Part shown: piece after piece, positions 57,601-64,000 of the stretch | How the letters are laid out: the number at the start of each line of letters is the position of its first letter | Numbering within the stretch: the first letter of the stretch is position 1 | NCBI GenBank assembly: GCA_002269645.1 | Contig: NIVC01001519.1 | Location: 186,001-250,000, forward strand | Origin: Macrostomum lignano | Lineage: Eukaryota | Direction: 5' to 3' | DNA length: 64,000 nucleotides | The notes under the pieces: generated by a model | What the model was told of the DNA's origin: nothing | Database searches by the model: none | Seen by the model: the letters and a program-made list of their open reading frames with translations, nothing else | Translations under genes and position numbers: made by a program

Positions 57601-60600
57601 TAGTTTGTTTTTTTCAGTTATTTTATTAAATAAGTATTAATTTGCTTTGGTATCATAAAGTAATTTTTTATATTTTAATTATAAGTGTATAGTATTTAAT
57701 AACTCTGTTTTTTCTAGTAAATGTAAATATTAAGTAATCACAACTCAATTAATAGCAAACTATTAATTTGTACTTCTATGTGATTTTTAGCTTTTGCATT
57801 ATTTACATGCTTAAGAATTATTGTATGTAATAATGAATACTTTGTAGCTTTAGTAATATTTTGTAGTTCATAATGGTATAATTTAGCCTTTTTCCATTTC
57901 AATGGCTGGCAAACAAGCTGGTTCAATTAATACTTTAATTAATGTTTTAGATACTCAACCACAGAGAAGTTTATAATTCAGCCAGTTGATGGTAATGAAA
58001 TTCTGGTTATTGACAAACAGACAACCGATGTTTCTGTCACTGGTGAGTTGCACTTTGTTAGAATTGCAAAAATTCTACACATTGAATGTAGATATTTTAT
58101 TCACAAAAATGCTAGTAGTCTACTTTTAGTAGCAAAGATAAGTATTTATAAATTTTTAAAGGCCTAAAAAGCAATAAAAATTGATCTGTTATTTTCAATT
58201 TTGATTTAATTCAAATTTTATTGGATTTTTTGTCTCCCTGTGTCTCCTTGTCTTTTCTCTGTGTCTCCCTGTCTTTTCTAGGTGTCTCCCTGTCTTTTCT
58301 CTGTGTCTCCCTGTCTTTTCTCTGTGTCTCCCTGTCTTTTCTCTGTGTGTCCCTGTCTTTTCTCTGTGTGTCCCTGTCCCTGTGTCCATGTGTAGGAATG
58401 GGGTGATGGGTTAGTGGGACATCGACCCTTGGCGGTGCAGTAGGCGGTGCAATTTCAAAATTTAATTTTGCTACTTTCAGTAGTTAAACTTTTCTAGCTG
58501 TTTTTTTAACACCCCTCCTTGTAAAGCTGATCGGTCCATTGTGCCAACAACAACTGGCACTCAGCCAACTACAATCTACGGCCTGTGGGGCATCATCCGT
58601 CTGCCTCCTCCAGCCGGGCCTCAGCTGTTAACTATTCGATCGCGAGCTCTAGTTGGCAATCTGTGGGGTCACAATGTCTGGCGCGTCGATGCCACCGATG
58701 TGCTGCCGTTTCAACGCCTCTCAGCCAGCCTGTCGCCACAGCAGGCCTCCGACGCGGCCGCCTATCTAGCCATGGTGCAGGAGGTTCTCAAAACTCCCAA
58801 TTATTATTTCTCCTATACGTTAGACGTGACTCACTCCGCTCAACGTCTAGCCGACACCAGTCCGGAGTTTCGCAGCCTGGCCTTAGCCGAACGTGCCGAT
58901 GAACGATTTGTTTGGAATCACCAGTTGCTAGGCGATTTAAGAGGCTTTTCCCGTTTTGCTTTGCCAATTATGCACGGATTTGTCAGCATTTGGAGTTCGG
59001 TTTATCGGGTAGGTCTGGGGCGTTGTTGATCTATGAAATATTCTGTTTGTATTTCTGCTCCTTTATAGCAAATCTCACTCCCATTCTTCCCCATCCCCCT
59101 AGTGATCTTTAATCCCACTCCCATTCTTCCCCATCCTCCTAGTGATCTTTAATCCCACTCCCCATTCTTCCCCATCCTCCTAGTGATCTTTAATCCCACT
59201 CCCATTCTTCCTCATCCTCCTAGTGATCTTTAATCCCACTCCCATTCTTCCCCAACCCCCTAATGATCTTTAATCCCACTACCATTCTTCCCCATCCTCC
59301 TAGTGATCTTTAATCCCACTCCCCATTCTTCCCCATCCTCCTATTGATCTTTAATCCCACTCCCATTATTCCCCATCCTCCTAGTGATCTTTAATCCCAC
59401 TACCATTCTTCCCCATCCTCCTAGAGATCTTTAATCCCACTCCCATTCTTCCTCATCCTCCTAGTGATCATTAATCCCACTCCCATTCTTCCCCAACCCC
59501 CTAGTGATCATTAATCCCACTCCCTATTCTTCCCCATCCTCGCAGTGATCCCTAATCCCACTCTCATCTCTTTACCACGTTTCCAGTGATCCCCTATGTC
59601 TCTTTATCTCATTCATACCCCGATTATCCAATTATCCCTAATCCCATTCCCCGCGTCATAAATCCCATTCCCCAATCATCACAGGACCGGGCATTCGACT
59701 ACGCCCTGATCAGCCGGCGCTCCCGATTCCGGGCCGGGGTTCGATTCTACATGCGCGGCGCCGACGAGAATGGCTGCGTGGCCAATTTTGTAGAGACAGA
59801 GCAGCTGGTACAGGCGCAGGGTCAAAAGTTCAGCTTTGTGGTGACTCGCGGCTCCGTGCCGCTCAGCTGGTCGCAGTATCCCAATTTAAAGTACAAGCCG
59901 AAACCGGACCTGGCTAAGGAGGCCCATCTGCAGACGGCCGTGTTCTCCGCTCACTTCAATGATCAGGTTAGGAAATTTTATCATTTTTATTCAGTTAAAG
60001 CCAAGTCCTTGTGTGACGCCAAATCCAATTTAGTAGAATTCCAGCTGTTTCATGGCGCCAAATCCAATACAGTAGAATTTCAGGTGTTTTATGGCGCCAA
60101 ATCCAATACAGTAAAATTCCAGGTGTTTTTGGCGCCAACTCCAATACAGTAGAATTCCAGGTGTTTTATAGTGCCAAATCCAATCCAGTAAAATTCCAAC
60201 TGTTTTGGCGCCAAATACAATCTACTAGAATTATAGTTGTTTTTGGCGCCAACTTCAATCCAGTAGAATTCCAGCTGTTTTATGGCACCAAACCCAATCT
60301 ACTAGAATTATAGTTGTTTTTGGCGCCAACTTCAATCCATTAGAATTCCAGCTGTTTTTTTGGCGCCAAATCCAATCTACTAGAATTATAGTTATTTTTG
60401 GCGCCAACTTCAAGCCAGTAGAATTCCAGCTGTTTTTAGCGCCAAATCCAGTCCAGTGGAATTCCAGCTGTTTTCGGCGCCAACTCCAATTCAGTAGAAT
60501 TCCAGCTGTTTTATGGCGCCAAATCCAGTCCAGTAGAAACCCATAAAACTCCTACCCCACATCGCAGGTGTTCACTCACAGGTACGGCAAGCAAATAGTA

Positions 60601-62316
60601 ATCAATTTGCTGGACACCAAAGGCGCCGAACGCGAGCTGTGCGCCAGTTTCAGCCGCAGCTGCTCTCAGCCGGAGCTGCTCGGCGCCGCCGAGGTTCGCT
60701 ACGAGCATTTCGACTTTCACAAGGAGTGCAGCCGGATGCGCTGGGACCGGCTGTCTCTGCTCATGGACCGGACCGAGCCTGATCATCAGGCTATGGGATA
60801 TTTTCATATTGCAGCCGATGGTCAGTCAGCCTCCGATCATTATGCCTCATCTAATTATTCTCCCATTGTACTCTCAACCCGCCTCGTCTTCCTCTCTTCA
60901 CCCGCCTTGCTTTACCCTCTCTTCACCCGCCTTGCTTTACCCTCTCTTCACCCGCCTCTCCTTACCCTCTCCTCACCCGCCTTACCTTACCCTCTCTTCA
61001 CCCACCTTGCTTTACCCTCTCTTTACCCGCCTCTCCTTACCCTCCCCTCCTCACCCGCCTTACCTTACCCTCTCTTCACCCACCTTGCTTTACCCTATCT
61101 TTACCCGCCTCGCCTCACACTCTCTTCACCCGCCTCTTCTAACCAGCTCCTCATCCGCCTTGCTTTACCCTCTTTCCTCGTATTGTCTCACCCTCTCTTC
61201 ACCCACCTCGCCTCACCATCTTCACCCGCCTCGCCTTACCCTTTCCTCACCTGCCTTATCTAGCCCCTATCTAACTCTCCTCGTCGCTTCATCCGTCGCC
61301 TCATCACTTGGCAGGCTCGGTGGCTCTCCAGCAGAAGAGTGTATTCCGGGTGAACTGCATAGATTGCCTAGACCGCACCAATGTAGTGCAAGGCATGCTG
61401 GCTAGGCGGGCACTGCTAGACCAATTCCGTTCGCTTGGCTGGCTAGAAGACGGCGCCAATGGCCGCCTATCCGACGATGTTGAACGATTTCTAAAGAACG
61501 TCTGGGCCGACAATGCAGACACGCTGGCCCAGCAGTACACGGGCACTGGCGCTTTGAAGGCCGATTTCACGCGCACTGGCAAGCGCACTAAATACGGGGC
61601 ACTGATGGACGGCTACAACAGCATGGTCAGATATGCTAAGAATAATTTCACCGATGGATTTCGTCAGGACGCTATCGATTTGTTTTTGGGCAATTATCAA
61701 CCGGAACCGGGTGCGGCTAGTCCCTTTGAAGTTGCCGCCGAGTCGGCTAGCTTGATGAAGAGAGCCCTACCAGCTGCCGCTTTGATTGGCCTGGCTCTGC
61801 TAGTGATGCGTATTCTGCTACCAGCTGGTGAGTGACAGATTGAAATGCTGTTCTTTAAGGTGGGGTTCTTCTGGTAAACTTTTACTGGGATTCCTTGAAT
61901 GATTTCCAAGATTATTGAATTAGGGATCATTGAAAAAAAATCTATAAAAGGGATATTCTCAGAATGATCTGTTAGTAAGATTCTCACAATAACTCGAAAG
62001 TGTGATTTTTAAAATAATCCACTGTGGGATTCTTGGAATGACCCGAAAGTGGGATTATTCTCGGCGGGCAATTCGTCTGCGGGAAACTCTCATGGACCCT
62101 GTTTTTGTGATGTTTTTTTTAAACTCCATTGGATTTTCACCCCCCCTTCCTTCTCTCCCTCTCCACACAGAGCGCTGGACAGACACGGCACTGCACTGCC
62201 TGATATTCATCGGCCTGATAGCGCTGTCGCTGTTCGGCATTGTTCGCCATGGCGACGAGTTCGTGGACCGGCCTCGCCTGGCCCTGAAAATTGACCGGCA
62301 AAAGAAGCGACAATGA
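51657..62316 (+). CDS. SACM1L: Sac1 phosphatidylinositol phosphatase (596 aa, 7 exons)
   Basis: Exons 51657-51679 (MIYEQLQL), 57951-58042, 58527-59008, 59685-59966, 60568-60820, 61315-61827, 62171-62316; total 1791 nt in frame. [38 protein letters not shown], catalytic [15 protein letters not shown], two C-terminal TM helices, terminal KKRQ. Confidence 0.95.
52597..53841. mobile_element. 1245-bp non-autonomous DNA transposon, CCC...GGG ends, 8-bp TSD
   Basis: TIR CCCTATTGGAATAAGT (16/16); TSD CAAATGGC at 52589-52596 and 53842-53849; subterminal GCGGACGGCGTCCGGCGC shared with the 50264 MITE. Confidence 0.85.
54598..54663 (+). other. 28S rRNA-like segment, copy 2 (centre fully diverged)
   Basis: CGGTAAAC-ACTG-GGAGTAACTA-N19-AAATGTCTCATCATCTAATTAGTGA; spacing identical to 28S. 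Confidence 0.65.
54757..55052. mobile_element. 296-bp hAT-like MITE
   Basis: Perfect 14-bp TIR CATACATGCGCAAC; 8-bp TSD TCTATCAC at 54749-54756 and 55053-55060. Confidence 0.9.
54885..54948 (+). other. 28S rRNA-like 64-nt segment, copy 3
   Basis: GGGTAAACAGTAGGAGTAACTATGACTGTCTTATGAGGGCTAAATGCCTCATCATCTAATTAGT; 54/64 identical by eye to recalled 28S. Confidence 0.8.
58215..58385. repeat. 21-bp intronic minisatellite
   Basis: GTGTCTCCCTGTCTTTTCTCT units. Confidence 0.9.
59065..59560. repeat. 40-bp pyrimidine-rich intronic minisatellite
   Basis: CCCACTCCCATTCTTCCCCATCCTCCTAGTGATCTTTAAT units. Confidence 0.9.
59995..60540. repeat. ~39-bp intronic minisatellite
   Basis: GGCGCCAAATCCAATCCAGTAGAATTCCAGCTGTTTTAT units. 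Confidence 0.9.
60880..61260. repeat. 25-bp pyrimidine-rich intronic minisatellite
   Basis: CACCCGCCTTGCTTTACCCTCTCTT units. Confidence 0.85.
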
Positions 62317-63371
62317 ACTTTACATGCAAAAAAGTTATAATGCTAAATACCATTGGCTAGTAGACGTGTGATGTTAACACTTGGTAATTAAATTATTTTT
62401 ATTAGCTAAATTTTGATTGAAATTGCATCAGCTAGACAGAAATATCTGTTGTCTTTTAGTGACTGCTTTTACATGGTCCCACAACCAGCACTGACGGCAA
62501 TTCTGCCCATTCCACTGACTCAGCTGAGCACATACAAGCGCGCCAATACTGAACGCAGGCAGGCACTTACACACAGGCTCACACGGGGTGCACAGCATTT
62601 CTCTCACCTTGTAGACTTTTAGGCATCATTTGAAGCTTATAGTCAAAGCAACATATTAATTATCGAAATTTAAATTTGAGAACAGCATTTTTTCTCTACC
62701 AAGTTGAACGTTTGCAAAATTTTATTTTTTCCTAATGGTCATTGTGCGCTACTTGCTCTACTGACGAGTTATTTAATAGCAGTAGTATCTGCAACAGATA
62801 AATCAAGATTTGGACTATTTCTGTTATGTGCTAGCAACGTAAATGATGATTCTCATAATTTCCCACCTGGTGACCGGTAAGGCCTCCATAATAGAATTTG
62901 TGCTGTGATTGAACTGTTTATTTGACTTTTCTCCCATAACAGCAAGCCATGTTTGAATCATATTATACATCTAATCTGTTTACATTCTAATGCTTGATAG
63001 CAAAGTATTAACTATTTTATTCGTACTAAATTTGCGCTAATTAATGGTTGAGTTCCCCACAAAGCCCACTGTTATAAACCAACGCCGTTGATACATGTTT
63101 TGTTAATTAGCTATCGTTTGAGCGCCCTATATTGATCAGTTATTCGCTTGTTGTAAGAGTAGTATAGCATAAATATTTGTGAACATTAACATGATTCGTA
63201 TTTACTATTCGTTATTATCTATCAATAATTGTCCTACTCATCAATGTGACGACTAATGATGATGATTAATATATGCAAAAGATTTATTGAGTCTACTATG
63301 AGTTACAGTATTCCAAATCAGTCTTTTTGTGCTTTTCTTATGCAAGCGTTGTGGTTGGAAAAAATTTATCC

Positions 63372-64000
63372 TCAGGGTTCTGTGTCTCCCTAGCAACTGC
63401 TGAGTTCTTCCTCAGGGTTCTGTGTCTCCCTAGCAACTGCTGAGTTCTTCCTCAGGGTTCTGTGTCTCCCTAGCAACTCCTGAGTTCTTCCTCAGGGTTC
63501 TGTGTCTCCCTAGCAACTCCTGAGTTCTTCCTCGGGGTTCTGTGTCTCCCTAGCAACTGCTAAGTTCTTCCTCAGGGTTCTGTGTCTCCCTAGCAACTCC
63601 TGAGTTCTTCCTCAGGGTTCTGTGTCTCCCTAGTAACTCATGAGTCCTCGGGGTTGTGTTTCCCCAACAACTCATGAGCTCGTCAGAATCGTTTCCCCAG
63701 CAACGCATGAGCTTCTCAGGATTGTTTCCCCAGCAACTCATGAGCTCCTCAGGATTGTTTCCCCAGCAACTCATGAGCTCCTCAGGATTGTTTCCCCAGC
63801 AACTCATGAGCTCCTCAGGATTGTTTCCCCAGCAACTCATGAGCTCCTCAGGATTGTTTCCCCAGCAACTCATGAGCTCCTCAGGATTGTTTCCCCAGCA
63901 ACTCATGAGATCCTCAGGATTGTTTCCCCAGCAACTCATGAGCTCCTCAGGATTGTTTCCCCAGCAACCCGGCCATACTCCTCAGGATTGTTTCCCCAGC
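63372..64000. repeat. Two adjacent related minisatellites (40-bp then 33-bp unit), running off the window
   Basis: CAGGGTTCTGTGTCTCCCTAGCAACTCCTGAGTTCTTCCT then CTCAGGATTGTTTCCCCAGCAACTCATGAGCTC. Confidence 0.9.

Noticed and set aside
57902-57950. ATG at 57902 as the Sac1 start
   Set aside because: Out of frame with the 57951 exon; the 51657 exon gives the conserved YEQLxL start and the correct phase.
63550-63939. MSCWGNNPEEL-repeat ORF
   Set aside because: 33-bp minisatellite with a unit length divisible by 3; no other coding evidence.

Overview
Eukaryotic, intron-containing animal DNA. GC-rich low-complexity exons and minisatellite-filled introns suggest a flatworm such as Macrostomum (inference only). 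Most entries in the supplied ORF track are exon fragments or repeat artefacts. Left to right: (1) the 3' exons of a JmjC/cupin 2OG-Fe(II) oxygenase (+). (2) An old tandem duplication carrying two intact 4-exon prolyl 4-hydroxylase alpha genes (+), with a Ty3/gypsy pol relic and a dead copy of JmjC exon 3 at the junction. (3) In the first copy, a Penelope-like retroelement whose 3' region, holding a minimal hammerhead ribozyme, is split by two tandem Ginger1 DNA transposons (TGT..ACA ends, CCGG target sites, intron-containing integrase). (4) A ~26 kb CHD7/8/9 (kismet-like) remodeller gene (-) with a different minisatellite in nearly every intron. (5) An AT-rich, CpG-depleted region with nested MITEs around a probable bidirectional promoter. 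(6) A complete 7-exon Sac1 phosphoinositide phosphatase gene (+). The most unusual observation is three dispersed 64-nt copies resembling the 28S rRNA segment around the R2/I-PpoI site. Two lie inside different MITE families. All keep the rRNA spacing, have the cut site itself altered, and are rRNA-sense in the inferred host pre-mRNA.
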